A DNA stretch of 64,000 nt from the NCBI GenBank assembly GCA_020891255.1, contig BQFW01000013.1:1116001-1180000 (forward strand), given 5' to 3'. The position numbers were made by a program, and so were the translations under genes. The notes beneath the pieces were generated by a model. It searched no databases. It saw nothing but the letters and a program-made list of their open reading frames with translations, and was not told the DNA's origin. The DNA is from Entomortierella parvispora E1425 (lineage: Eukaryota; Fungi; Mortierellomycota). Within the stretch, counting starts at the first letter, position 1. Each line of letters starts with the position of its first letter. This document shows positions 22,214-35,155 of this stretch, piece after piece.

Positions 22214-22592
22214 AAAGAAAAAAAAAGGCACTTTGGCGCCGATCTCAAAGAGTGTAAGCAGGAAATTACCTCCGCAGGTCTTTAGATGCTGAAGATAATT
22301 CAAGGTCTTTCGAGTTCAGGAGTGAAGGAGAGAGGGACGCGTTCTGTTCAAAGCGGACGGATTTCTTCTTGATCTTCAAATTTGGATCGGGAGCGTTGGC
22401 CAGGATATGTTGAAACCTTCTTCGGTGATCGCCTTCTGGAAACCAGAGCCGGACTATTGTTGGTGAAGATGATGAAGTAGATGGCAAGGACGAAGGCACG
22501 ACCCTTGCGGTAGCTGCGATCGGACCTGGAGGAGAGACAGCGGGGTCTGCAGGTATAGTGTCGCGGTCTATGGGCGAGGTTTGGTGCAACAT
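20788..22592 (-). CDS. Uncharacterised coiled-coil protein with S/R-rich tail, about 4 exons
   Basis: Consecutive ORF segments are bounded by GT-AG. Heptad-like segments (LKDQIVQMNHNLEDKEGLL). No family recognised. Confidence 0.6.
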
Positions 22593-22917
22593 GGTTCAAG
22601 GTTCGATTTGCAGTTTGGACAGGCGCAGCACGAACAGAGAGAGGTGTGTGCGAGGTCGCTTCTGTGCATGGGCAGCCTCTGGTCCAAAGCACAGGTAGAT
22701 AGATGGATAGTGTGCTGCGAGGATTGAAGTACAAGAAAAACGAAGCGTCTCTCCTCCACAAGCGTGGAATCTCAAAAGGAAGCTGTGCAGTGCTTGCGAC
22801 AATTTTGAATACGGTGACATTTTTTTCGCGCGGTGGTGTCCTCCGGGCAGTTCTCCAGGCACAATCTGTTGCCACCATTGTCAAGTTTCCCCGTTTTCCA
22901 CCTTCATACATACAGCC

Positions 22918-23494
22918 ATGTCCGCATTTTTGAGATCAACGTTGGGTATGCATCGCCTCCCCAGTACCAACACAGGAGAATGGAGACAGCAGAATGGTAG
23001 AAAGGCCTCTAACTGGTCTGTTGTTTTTTTTGCCCATTACAGCCCTTGCCTGGAGCCCTCTTAAGTCTGCATCAAAGATCGCTACTTCATTACCTGTTGC
23101 ATCCTCGACCCCTTCGACCACCAACTCTGTCCTTTGCAATGCTGTTCGCCACATGAGCTACAAGCTCAAGACCAACTCTGCAGCCAAGAAGAGGTATGGC
23201 AAAATAGGAAAAAAATAAGAGAAAAAGGTTGCCGGATCGAAATATCCGAGGGTTGTACCAAGACTATTTTGACGATGTGTGGATCATGAGTACTGATCAG
23301 GGTCCTAAATGTTGTGGCTCTTTGTTATGTGTAGATTTGTTGCCTTGCCTTCAGGAAAGTTCAAGCACTGGAGATCAGGAAAGCGTCATATCAACACCGG
23401 CATGGATCGTGGTCGTCTCAACAAGGCTGGTATTGCCTCCTACGCTACCCCCCGCCAGTGCAAGCACTTGCGTCGTTTGATGCCTTACGCTTAA
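22918..23494 (+). CDS. Mitochondrial ribosomal protein bL35m, 3 exons
   Basis: Presequence MSAFLRSTLALAW, then YKLKTNSAAKKR-FVALPSGKFKHWRSGKRH and a C-terminal LRRLMPY. Confidence 0.85.
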
Positions 23495-23806
23495 AGAAGG
23501 ATCCGATAGCCTTGGAAACTCTGTTGCCCACACCAATAGCAAAAACAACAACACCAACTGCAGGAAAAAGAACTGCTGCTGTCCAACCAGTTGGGAACAA
23601 TAGAAGGAATATCTTCCTCGACATAGATCTGTACATCAAATATATCATTTCCACACCTTTCCATGATTGGGGTCGACGATAATGGGTTCTTTTTATTGTA
23701 CAGCGTCAGGAAAGAGGAATAGGTGATAAAACGGAGAGAAAAAAGAAAGTCATGAGGGTCGAGAGATTGGAAGAGGAGGGTATCGATTCTAAGGGTCTGT
23801 CTATAT

Positions 23807-25243
23807 TCAATGCTCGTGGTCCACCGACAAGATTAATGGTACGACCATTCCGCCGATAACACAGAGTACTTCGCCAACTGATAGGCCTTTCTCACCCCCC
23901 GCACCCCCAACGTTGTAGCCATTGGCACTAGAAGATCGATCAGAGTTGTTCATCTCGCTCATCACATGCATGGCCACGTAGAGAAAGGTGCCTCCAGAGA
24001 ACAAAAGAAGCATGCCTGTCCACCAATGCAACGAAGCGCCTTCCCTCTGTCCAGAGAGCTGGATAAAAATATAGGTGACAAGAGCGCCAATGGGTGCGGC
24101 CAGCGAGAAAATAGCAACCTGTTGTCGAGTTTGTCGACGCGAGAACCCATGTTGAAGCAAAACAGTGGACAATCCAAAAGCCGCTGGTGCCTTGTGCAGC
24201 ATGATGGCCAAGAAAACAATAAAGCGCAACTCGGGTTTCGAAGCCGACGCTCCCAGAGCAATACCATCTGCAGCAGCATGGACAACCAATCCTATCGTGA
24301 TGGGGTTTCCGCGCTTCTTGGTCCCAACGTTCATTCCAGCCGCAGAAGGCATACGGATGTTGCTGTCCTCCAGCTGCAAGTTGTGCAGCTCCGTAAAGTC
24401 GGCGACCGAGACGTGGTTGTTGTGGCTGTGGGCATGCGTAGGGCCCATTTGATCAATCAAGAACATGAGAATGAAGCCTGAAATAAGAGCCAGACCAATG
24501 TACTTGTGCGCCTCATTCTCCTCGCCTTCGTCTTCGTGTCCAGTCTGATCGTGGCCGCCACTGGGAGGTTCGACCTTGTCGTCGCCCTTTTGATCTTCTC
24601 CATCGCCATTACCCTCGCCTGTTTCGTCGGTATCGTCTCCATCAGTAGCCTGTCGCTTCACGATCTTGGGCGAATTCTGTTGGATGTCATTAATCTGCAG
24701 GGCATCAAGACTAGACGATTTCTCGAGATCGTGCTGAAAGGTCACAAATCGATCTGCCTGACGTGTCATCAGCATGTTGTCTTCAAAGGAACTCGAAACT
24801 GCAGCCGCCTTGGCGTTGATTTCGGCTTTGAACTTGTCCTGGATCGCATAGGCATGGTGAGGTTCTGTGACGACAACGCTGTCGTCAGCGCGTTTCATCA
24901 TTCCGCTCGCACGGGCAGCTCTCTTAAGACCAGAGAGCATGCTAAATCCAGAGGCACTCGCATCCGGGTGTTGCATCAATGATCGCTTGATAGGATTGCT
25001 ATGGCCGCCAATACCCGCGTTGCCATTTGGTGAGGGGGCGGCAGAGGGTGAGCTGTAGAGGGTTTCAACGCCCTCCGGGATGATGACGACCAACGATGTG
25101 CCGACAAGGAGTCCGACACCAAAGTTGGAGATGAGCTTGAGCCGGTCTTCGGAAAGATGAAATGAGAGAGGGATGTTTCCTGCCAGGAACGATGCGACTA
25201 GCATTGCAATGCAGAGCAGGATGAGGCCAAGGAAAGGGTCCAT
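23807..25243 (-). CDS. ZIP-family metal transporter (ZIP9/Atx2-like), single exon, 478 aa
   Basis: GLLVGTSLVVIIPEG, GLVVHAAADGIALG, AIMLHKAPAAFGL and LLFSGGTFLYVA. Confidence 0.92.
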   Translation of the reverse strand: MDPFLGLILLCIAMLVASFLAGNIPLSFHLSEDRLKLISNFGVGLLVGTSLVVIIPEGVETLYSSPSAAPSPNGNAGIGGHSNPIKRSLMQHPDASASGFSMLSGLKRAARASGMMKRADDSVVVTEPHHAYAIQDKFKAEINAKAAAVSSSFEDNMLMTRQADRFVTFQHDLEKSSSLDALQINDIQQNSPKIVKRQATDGDDTDETGEGNGDGEDQKGDDKVEPPSGGHDQTGHEDEGEENEAHKYIGLALISGFILMFLIDQMGPTHAHSHNNHVSVADFTELHNLQLEDSNIRMPSAAGMNVGTKKRGNPITIGLVVHAAADGIALGASASKPELRFIVFLAIMLHKAPAAFGLSTVLLQHGFSRRQTRQQVAIFSLAAPIGALVTYIFIQLSGQREGASLHWWTGMLLLFSGGTFLYVAMHVMSEMNNSDRSSSANGYNVGGAGGEKGLSVGEVLCVIGGMVVPLILSVDHEH

Positions 25244-25547
25244 CTTGGCGTGCTGATTTGGTCAACTGGAGCTTTTTTTTTTTTTTTTTTTCTCTTCAAA
25301 AAGATGGGAGCGCAGCAGCACCAGTGTCAGTCAGTCGGTCGGTGGGCGATGTTGCTTGTCGGCGGCAGTTGTCGCTGACCTCTGTCTGTGAGTTGTGAGG
25401 ATGAGCGTTGGATGAAGAAGTGGCAGGAGAGGAAGAGGAGAAGGAGAGGAGGAAGGAGAGTTGAGCACCAAACAGGAGCTTGGTGTCGATGTGGCCGTTG
25501 CGATTGTTTCAGGACCCCTTAAGAAATGTCATCTTCATTTATTGCAA

Positions 25548-27533
25548 TTAGCAGGTCGCCTCGGTGATCTGCTCTGGCGCCCTTCGTCCAGAGATTCTTG
25601 CGTCCCTCAGGATTTTCAGGCGATCCGCTAGGCGCTTGCATTCCTCTGATCCTTGGCCTTTGAGTGTCTGCGAGTCCCATGGAGCATGGTCGCCAGGGTA
25701 GCTAAGAGGATCGGCTCGGTCTTGCTCCTCTTGATGCTTTCTCGAACTCGTCGCGTCCAAAGGCAAAATAGGGATTCGGCCTGGTCTGAATGCACGCGTT
25801 TTCTTAGCGTCTGCAAGGTACCTGTGGAAAACTTTGAGCTTCCCACGGGTTAGTTCTCCTCCTAAAATGTAGACAGGTTTTCTGATCAAGGTATAAGTTA
25901 GTATCACTGCCGTGTCATGCTTTGCAAGGTACTTGGAATTCGTGATCAATGCCATAAAAACTTACCCCGTGGCAAGTGCATCGTTCGTCATAGCAATCGA
26001 GTCGGCACTGACAACAATTTTATCCGCAAGGGCCAGCATGGCCTCATAAGGGTTGCGCTCGATGGTAAATCCCAAGACTCCTTTAGGTCCTGGGACTTTC
26101 TCCCAATCGACAGTTGAGACCGAGGTTTGGTCACCAACAATTACCGCCATGGGGTCATACAAGAATACCTTGTCCTCGTTACCGGACTTGACTAGATTAC
26201 CTACCAGCCTCTGGTGGATGGCTCTCTTGGTACTTTCGGCCGTCCTCTGAGAGAAGCTGATGAGAAGACGGCAATTCTGAACATCCACAAGTCGAGCCAG
26301 TCTGTTCACCATCCTTTCTGTATTGTGTGAGCAATCTTCGTTTGGGCCACCGATCAAGACTGTGACCACAGGTGATGACGAGGCGCCTCCCTTCTTCATA
26401 AAGAATGACTTTGGGACTAATCCATGGTCCAAAGCAAACGATCGAGCCTGATCCAATGACTTTGGTGAAATGGTGTTCAATGAGGACGAGATCCTGAAAT
26501 AGTTCTTTTGATCCTTCATCAAGCCCAATCCAGCTATTGTATTCCAAAGCACACGCATCATAGAGTTAGCCTGTGATCTTCACAACAAGTTATCGCAAGT
26601 TCAAGTTCGACGACAAATTTTACAAAGCTGGACAACGATTTCGTGACGTTGCAGAAAGACCTGGTCAAAGTGTACAAATGGAAGTGCAGGGAAATGAATA
26701 TGTGCTAATGTATCAAAATTTGAGAAGATTCGCGGTCAGAGAAATCCATTACAGCTGGCTTTCCAGTACTAATTGAACTCTTGGTTTTTTGATGTTACCA
26801 GAGTACGACGCTCTTCCGCTCATCCTTGAAACATGAAGCATGCCGGGTAAAGTTCCAGCACCCGATCCAATCACATAGCTAGGGTAGGGCCCCTTCAGAG
26901 AATCGCCAGTCAAGAACCACGGCTTTCTATCGGCTGTATTTGTTCAAGTCATAGCTTGGTTAGTCGAGCTTAAGAACCCTTCACACGTGTTGAGTTGCCG
27001 AAATGTGGACAGTACCCTGCTTTCTGTTGACCACATGCCAGTAGTCCATGATCAGCTTTTTAAAGGGGATTGGAAGCCATTGAAATCCTAGATGAACCAA
27101 TATGTTAGAGCACAACGGTCTGCACACGTCGTGTGAGAACTGTCGCGCTAACTTCCGACTTTGAGCTTGGTTACGCCATTATGGATAGTTTACCTTGTCG
27201 CCACTGAACCCGCTTGATTGACCACGGCAGCGCTAGTCCTTTCGCCAAGGCGATTGCTTCTTTATCAGCGCTTACAGAGCCATCCGAGATAATCCAGGTA
27301 GAGGCGCTCGTAGGCTGGTAATTGATTCTCGGCGCCATCCGTCTCTTGCTTCCAGTTCGCTCATGGGTCGTCCCTGAAGCATTACGCCGTTGGTGGAATG
27401 CACCTGACAATTCTAATCGGATGCTCACAGGGCCATGACTTTTGGGGATAGCGGTCAGGAATGTAGCCCAACGCCGAATGCCGTAGTGATGATAGCGAAG
27501 GCTCCCCGCGGTGGTCCGGATGAGGGGGTCCAT
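25548..27533 (-). CDS. Mitochondrial fission ELM1-family protein, multi-exon
   Basis: Presequence-like N-terminus; WIISDG...AIALAKGL, VLIGGPN, LLISFSQRT and NPYEAMLALADKIVVSADSIAMTNDALATGKPVY...GKLKVFHRYL. The splice junctions I checked keep the frame. Confidence 0.8.
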
Positions 27534-28214
27534 TAATCCTGTGTAAGCTGATCAAGTCGGATGTTCCTCCGTCTCGGAGTCCCTTTTTTTTGTTCCCATT
27601 CAGAATAAAAAGTCACACCGCCACCAACTCGAAGTTTTTATTCGTCTGTTGCTGTTTGGCTGCAAAGTCGACAATCTTCGTGAACACACACCGCAAAGTA
27701 AGGTTGTTGTTGACCAAAGAGGCTCCAAGAGTCGAAGCGTCGAAGGTTTCGAATGTTCTGATTGCCATCAGACACGCGCGCGGTCCTTGGCCCTGGCCTT
27801 TGACCTTCATCGAGATGATAAATAAATCATAATTGGCTCAACCCTCTTGCAATCCACCAACAAGCTCTCGTTGTGTCCGAGTTTTTCCCAAAGGATAAAT
27901 AATATTATGGTCTGGTGAGAACAGAGAACAGGAGAGCGATGCAAACAAACACAAAAAAAGCGTGATGGACAAAAGAAAAAGAAGGTTGATTTGGAGGGCG
28001 AGTGGCCAGGGGCAATTATTACCTTTTGCTTCCTCTCTTTGTTATTGGCTTTTCTCTCTTTCCTTCCTCTCTTCCTTCTTGTCCCGTTCATCCACACCTT
28101 TGCTCTTTCGCACGTCTCTCACCTTCTTCTCGTCGGCTGTCTCCACCTCTCCACCAGCGAGACGAGAATCCATTGAGCCAGAAGAAAACACCAAGCGTCT
28201 TCGAAAATCACAAT

Positions 28215-29795
28215 ATGTCTGGAAAGCTGGCGAGCTCAATGAACTTCACTATTGAAGCCACGTTGGACACCCGTGCACCTTTCGTCATAGACCTTCTGGG
28301 TGCACCCAGCGCAGTTATCAGGGATGTCACTGGCAAGGTGCGTCTGGTTGTTAATAGGCCCGTTCTTATAAAACAAATCTCCGCATCCTTTCTTGGCCAA
28401 GGTAAACGCCCAGGAACTTCTGAACCCAGCTCCCAAACCCAGCCGCAGCGTCTTGGTGGCAGATATTCTCCACAGGTGAAGGCTGACATACTTCTATCTT
28501 TGTTTTTGTTCCTAGCCTTTGTGAATGTAGCCGTTTTCGGACAAAGCAAGCTCAAAGTGAAGAGCGAACCTCTGACAATAGACAGAATTGATGCATCACT
28601 CATCAGTGAACCCACGTATTACCTGGCAGGCGAGTATACCTTTCCTTTCGAACTCTCCATTCCGACTGACATTCCCGCCACGGACACCTCCAGGATCCCG
28701 CCCCACAGTCTTCTCCTAGAGTACTATTTGGTCGCCACGGCAGTGCCTGCAGGACTACTCAGTCGCAAAAAGGAATGGAAACGGCGACTGGAGATAAGTA
28801 GAGTTCATGTGGAGCAGTCAAGCACTTCCAACGCCCTTTTTGGTGCCAAAAGGGCTGACAAAATTGAGTGCTCAATGTACGCACCAAAATTCTTGCCTTT
28901 TGGTCAAGACAGCATCGTTCTCAACGTGTTCATGCACGCTTACTCTCAAGAAAACAGAGTCAAAAAAATCGAGGTCAAGATGCTGCAGAACCAATGGGCT
29001 GACCTAAGGACAGAGACGCACGCCGCAAGTCGTCGAGGGCGAAGGTTCCTGTATGTTTGTTTCGCTCCCTAATGACCACAGCTCTGGTGTGGTTGTATGT
29101 TTGATTCAGGTCTAGAGGTTCTAACGAATGTTGTTTTTGCAAACACTTTTCTGTACTCTTTGCTTTATGATAGTCTCCCGACCGATCCGTCATATTTGAT
29201 TACCTCAAGTTGGAGAGGACAGCACGTGGACACAATCGTCAGTCTGTTCAACGTACTTCCAGTCTCAGAACCTTTTGAGATTGAGAACCCGGACAACCAC
29301 TGTTCGACAGCATGGGGGAGAGAGGATCCGATTGAAATTGTACTAAAGCTTTTGCCAGAGATGATGCAGCCTTCCGAAGTTCTCAACTGGCTCAAGTTGG
29401 TTCATGTGCTCCAGTTCACACTTCATTTCGCCGAAGAGTCCGTGCGACCAATGGTAGTCAAGACGCCAGTGGTTGTAGGCAAGATCATTGATGGTTCTTG
29501 GACAGACCACGTCATTTGGCAGGTGGACGCGGATGGACAACAGAGAATGGATGCGACCGAGGGCGAGGAGACAGAAATGCAACGTCGATTACGGTCCGAG
29601 TTACCCGAATATGGGCAAGAAGTCGCAGACACGACTCTGTTGGATGCGAACACGCACAGAGTGCAAAATGCTATGTTGTTCAGGGAAACCTATCCTGAGC
29701 GCGGAGAGTTGATTGTACCGGACGTGGCAGATGACCAACCGCCGGTCTATGAACGAGAGGAAGATATAGCAGAACAGCAGACAGTGAAGGCGTGA
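28215..29795 (+). CDS. Alpha-arrestin-like protein with PY motifs, multi-exon
   Basis: VTGKVRLVVNRPVLIKQISASFLG, YTFPFELSIPTDIPAT and LEYYLVA; C-terminal LPEY and PPVY. Confidence 0.7.
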
Positions 29796-31026
29796 AAGAG
29801 GAGAAAAGAAAAAAAGAGAACCTCCTCTTCGTCCTTCCCACATTGTACTTGTATAAATCATAATATCACGCTGCGCGCCGGAATGCTCTACTTTTGGGAA
29901 AAGGAACATGGTTTGTCCACCTGCCCTTTTCCTTTGTCAACATTGGAGAGTTAGAGGCTCACTCCTCCCTTTTAGTGCGATGATCTCAAAACTGGCTTGC
30001 AAATTCCCCGGGATATTTTCCTTTGCATGCTATGCTCGTAATTAGCAATGGTCAGTCCTCCCTGTACTCAATGGTACTTTGAGGACCATTGAAACATTAC
30101 CGAGGAAAGGCGCACACGCCCAACTTTGCCCTTTCTGTGTTTGAGCCCTCATGTTGATCTGCCAAACATAGACTCTCCCCACCATGCCTCATACGAGCCC
30201 CTGCGAGACAGAGATTGTTGAGCATGAAAGGAACAAGTTTGTTTCCGCATCCTTCCTTGGTGACAAGTCATCTCATCAAAGCGTCTTGAAGATTAGCTTG
30301 GTCTCCCCAGCCCAATCTGTCGGAACTGTGCAGCGCCACATTCATCGTCATCCATGCGAGGTGTTGACGGCAAAGTGTACAAGGGATCGGCACAACCGGT
30401 ACGATGTTGTCCGAGGAGATTTCAGGCACAAGCCTGGAGAAAAGACTTTCCGATCGGCCCTAAGACTTTGGCACGTTTCGACTGTTCAGTCTTCTAACCG
30501 AACGGCGTGTTCTCCTTCTGTCCGGTTTATCATCGTCATTGCGTCGGGGCCGCTGTGGATCGATCCGCGGATAGAACCTCAAAAATGTCATTCTGTCTCA
30601 GCGGGACATCCTTGATTGCTGCTGCTCAAAAGAAGGCTCTCGAACCAAGGAGTTACTAAAAAAAAACAAAGGAATGAGCGCTGCCGAGTCGGCCCCCCTC
30701 ACTTCTTTTTTACTCGGTTCTTTCCCTGCATGCAGTGCCTTCAACGCCGAAAGGAAGAAAAATCCCGCGTGTTTATCTCTTTTTTATATGCTCTCAAGGA
30801 GTTTGCTCTTGTGGGAAGGGATAGTGGTCTTGTGGGCACCTTTTTTTTTTGCTTCAACTGCGTATTTAAGCATGCTTAGCCCTGGGTCTTGCTCTTTCAA
30901 CTCTTCCTTTTCTACTCCTCCTCTACTCCTGAACACCCCACAGCCCATCTCATCTTCATATCTTTTCAACCTTACCACTTTTCTCAATTTAAGCATACCA
31001 ACACAGACGCACCTGTACAGATCATC

Positions 31027-32869
31027 ATGTTGTCCTTTGCTTTTGATGTCGAGCTGAACACGGAGCAGCCTTTCATTGTCGAGTTGAACATGAACCCAAA
31101 CCACACTGAGACTTTAAGTGGTGCCATTTCCTTGAAGTTGGATCGACCCGAAGTCTTCAAAGTCGCCACTATCGCTATTCATGGTCATCGTAAGTGAGGA
31201 GTGTGTCAGTTGTATATTTCCTCCTTACTACTCTCCATGTACCTGTGCAAGTTTATCGTTGTTAAATATTGACACCTTTCTCTTCCCTGTTCTCGTTGAA
31301 AAAAAAACTGTCAGTCGGTGCAATGGTCAAGATCGAAACACCTAATCAAAACTTGGTTCGAAATACCTTGGTCGAGGCCACTGTGGATCTGATTGCCGCC
31401 AACGACACTGACGGTCGAGGTACAATTCGCTTGGAGGAGGGTCAACAATACATTCCCTTCAGGATCGATCTCCCTCGCACAGGAACTCTGCCCCCAACCT
31501 TGATCAACAAACTGGATACACCTTATATCGACTGGAAGTATGAGATTCATGCAACCCTTCGTCGGGATTACTTTTTCTCTACCACCCGTGTGGTCAAGCA
31601 CGACTTGATCCTCCGTCGACCCATTGCCCCACCCCAGGCCTTGTTAGAACCTGCTGCCGCTGTGGAGGAAGCGGGAGTTACAGTTTCTTCGACAGAGTCG
31701 GTTCATCATCATCTGAGCAGATTACTCGGCATCAAGTCTTCGTCGGAAGGGGAGGCAAAGGCTGAGGCTGAGGAAGGAGTTGTCGCGGCGTCAATTGACA
31801 GGGCAGGTGAATACCGATCCAAGATCAAAGTGCCTGGAACGATGATTTTGGGCCAGGATCGACTCAAGGCCACTGTGGAATTAAAGGCGAGAAACAAGGC
31901 ATTTGTGATCAAGGAAGTGGACTGCGCCATTGTCCAGACAGAGGACATCGACTATGATACCAGAAGAGGAGGCGCTCCTATTGAGGAGGAGGGGTAAGTG
32001 AAAAACAACAATCGTACTGAAAATCGTTTATCCGTGAATCTGGGACGAGTGAAGGGAAGGTCGCTACCCACAGTACCCGCAGTGAATACAGGGACAGAAC
32101 CTGCGGGGGATGATGAAAGAGTGCAGTATCATTGGCAGCTGCAAAGAGGGGAACAACGACAAAAAAAAACCCTCATCCTTCCTTCTCAAGATGATATCAT
32201 TAAGGCTAAGGAGTACCATCCCTGGATCAAATGGATGGGCTGTTGCTGTGGGCATGGAGAAAAAATGAACTCAGAAAATGGAAAAAAGTGAGCAAGGAGG
32301 ACCCATCGCGTGCGAACGCCGACAGTTGGAGTTGGGGAAAAAGATCTAGTCCCCTTTCGTCTGTTTGGGTCAGATTAGGCAGAAATGGTCCATGTGGGAC
32401 GCTCTGTCCTTTCTTGTTTGGACATTCGAGCCAAATGAACTCACCAGGCCTCTTTTGTTCCTTCTCTTTCTTCCTCTTTACTAGTGAGAGCGAAACAGTC
32501 TGCAAGGTCAACGCAACCAGACTGGTATCTTCCCACGTCGTTCTCACCAATGACGAGGGTGATATGGACTTTGGTCGATTTGAGCCTCTGGAGTTTGACC
32601 TCCGTGTCGATAATGATCAGCTTATCCCTACCGAGTATGGCCTCGGCTGGCTCCAGGTCTCGCATGTCCTCCGTTACACCATCCACTTCATGGATGTTGC
32701 TCATCGCTCCGTCATGACCTCGATCCCTCTTTTCGTCGGACACGGTGTTGTCTCCACAGTGAACCCTGAAGGCCAGTCTTCCCGTCTTGTTGGAAATCTC
32801 AAAATCGCAGGTGCTGAGGACCACTATCTCCACAGTGAAAGAGAGGTGACGCCAGAGCCTGAACAATAG
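31027..32869 (+). CDS. Arrestin-fold protein, multi-exon
   Basis: LSGAISLKLDRPEVFK, YIPFRIDLPRTGTLPPT, WKYEIHATL and LQVSHVLRYTIHF. Confidence 0.7.
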
Positions 32870-32950
32870 GGAGCAGCGCTTAATAAAAACAAGAAATTAT
32901 ATTACTGATGACCAGTGCGTCCTTTGAACTATTTGGTCATTCAAATCCAT

Positions 32951-35155
32951 TCATCCCTCGATTGCCGTGGAGCGCTGGATCAAAATTGATCCAAAGAACT
33001 CATCGACATCGTTCCAGGCACTCTCTCCAGTGCCTTGAACCCGATAGGCGATATAAGAGTCAGGTCTAACGACCACGAGCGCGCCCCCAGACTCCACAGA
33101 CTTTTTGGCCTTCGTTGAAACGCTGTACCTCTTGTGAAGCACTCCCTTCTGATCCGCAAATGCCTTTCCTTCGCCGAGAGTCATGTGCACCAGGGGGTTG
33201 GCTGCGTTGGGGCAAAGAAGAGTGGTAAGCGTATGGGCCACGAACTGATGATGTCGGATCGCATCGTGCTTTCCATTTTCGGCCATGGACGGCCACTTTG
33301 ATCTCCAAGCTGAGAGATGATGATCCATGGTTTTAGCCAGGTTTACAGCGGATTCAGGGCTGCTCGCCCAAAGGTCGGCAGTAAAGACCAGGATCTGGAA
33401 GGCACCAGGATGACCCATAAGTTCATGAAGCCGGACCGTGCCCGTGCTGTCTTTGTTGCCCAAGGGGATCAAAACGGAGTCGCGAGCGCGTCGACCGACC
33501 GCACCTGGTCCTGACGGCGTGATTTGTGTCTTGTGGGTCGTGTTCAGAGAGTTCTCGTGGTAACGCAAACCAAGCTAAGAGCAATGCTAGCCTTTTAGTC
33601 TAAGAACACAAGTGCATCGGTCCTTAATCGCGCGCGTGTTATTGTAATTGCTTACCATCGAGTAGGGTGGAGAGTCGTCAGCTAGGAAGGGCATGATAAG
33701 CGGCGCAAGAGCGACAAATACACGTTTGAAGGCGCGTTTGAACATATTGCTGCTGGATCCAAGTTCCTCATCCAGAGTCTTGGCCGTTAGTTTGATGATC
33801 TCATCTGCGATTGCAGGCCGCTCTTCGCCGTAGGAATCCAAGAGAGAGTTGGGGGCAGAGCCATTGACTACCAAGCCAATCTTCCAAGCGAGATTATAGG
33901 CATCCTGGAGTCCTGTGTTTAACCCCTGCCCTCCTGCGGGCGAATGAACATGGGCAGAATCGCCAGCTAAAAAGATACGACCCTTGTAAGAAAAGTCTTT
34001 CGCCCTCCGCTCGTTTATACGGTAGTTGGTCAGCAAGTCCACTGTCTTGATCGTGATCTTGTGTGGATGGATGGTCTCGTCCAACATCTGTTGATACGCC
34101 TCGAGGACCAGTGTCTCTGACTTTTGGGCCTCAAATTGTTCGGGCGTCAAGAAACCAGTTTCAACAATTAGCTGGATTCTATTACCTCCGAGTGGGAACC
34201 ATCCAGCTGTACGATTGAAGTTGCCGTTGAGGAATCTAAGTGCAATTTGACCAAAGTATCAGAAGAGTATGGTAAGTTTTCTCTTTTCGATGTTTCGTTT
34301 CCTTGTTTTTTTTTTTTTTTTTTTTTTGCAAGTAGATCCATGTCAGGTCATTGTATCTGATCCGCCTCTCGCTTACGTGATCTCATCCAACGGTACATTA
34401 CTCTCGACGGTGCCTTCAAACAGAATCATGTTGATGTCTCGAGTCGTCCCCGGGAAGGGCATGTTAATTTTGTGGCGAACTGCAGAACGGCCTCCATCCG
34501 CGCCAATCAAAAACTGTGACCTGATAGTTTCGTACTCATATTGTTTGTCCTCATCCTCCAAGACAAGATCGACCGTTCCCAAGACTTTGCTCTCACCCGT
34601 TCTCTTGTTTGTTCCGTCCAGGGCTCTCCTTATTGTGGTCTCCACCCAAGTCGGTGGGGACGAAGGGGAGGAAGAAGGAGAGGAAGAGAGGGTCTCATCA
34701 CTGGACTCGACCACCTTAGTGTCAACAAGCTCCCAGCCCCAATCGATCTCCCCCCCTGCCTTTTCCAATGCCTTGGACAAGATGCTGACAGTCTTGAACT
34801 GAGGCAACAGGACAACATTCGAGAAGTACGATTCCTTGCTGGGTGCCTGCTCAATTGAACCTGCGAATGTCCCTCCAAAGTAGATTCGAAACAAGTTGGC
34901 CTGGCGTCCGTTTTCCAAGAATTCCTGGACCAATGCAGGATCAGTCATCTGCAAGATTTCTTGAGTGCGTGAATGAAGCCCAAGGGCTTTGGAAAGAGGG
35001 GAGAAGGTGAGGTCACGCTCAATGAGACGAAAAGGGATGTTCATCTTTCGAAGATGAAGCGCGGCAAAGAGACCGGTTGGTCCAGCTCCTGAGATCAGCA
35101 CGGGAACTTCGGTCATCTTGTGGTTGGTGGATGAGTTGGTTGATGGACCTGCCAT
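32951..35155 (-). CDS. FAD-dependent aromatic hydroxylase-type monooxygenase (PheA/TfdB-like), multi-exon
   Basis: VLISGAGPTGL, FLIGADGGRSAVR and RIFLAGDSAHVHSPAGGQGLNTGLQDAYNLAWK; thioredoxin-like C-terminus VVVRPDSYIAY. Confidence 0.92.

Noticed and set aside
30184-30615. 143-aa ORF between the arrestin genes
   Set aside because: No family motifs or splice support; treated as intergenic.
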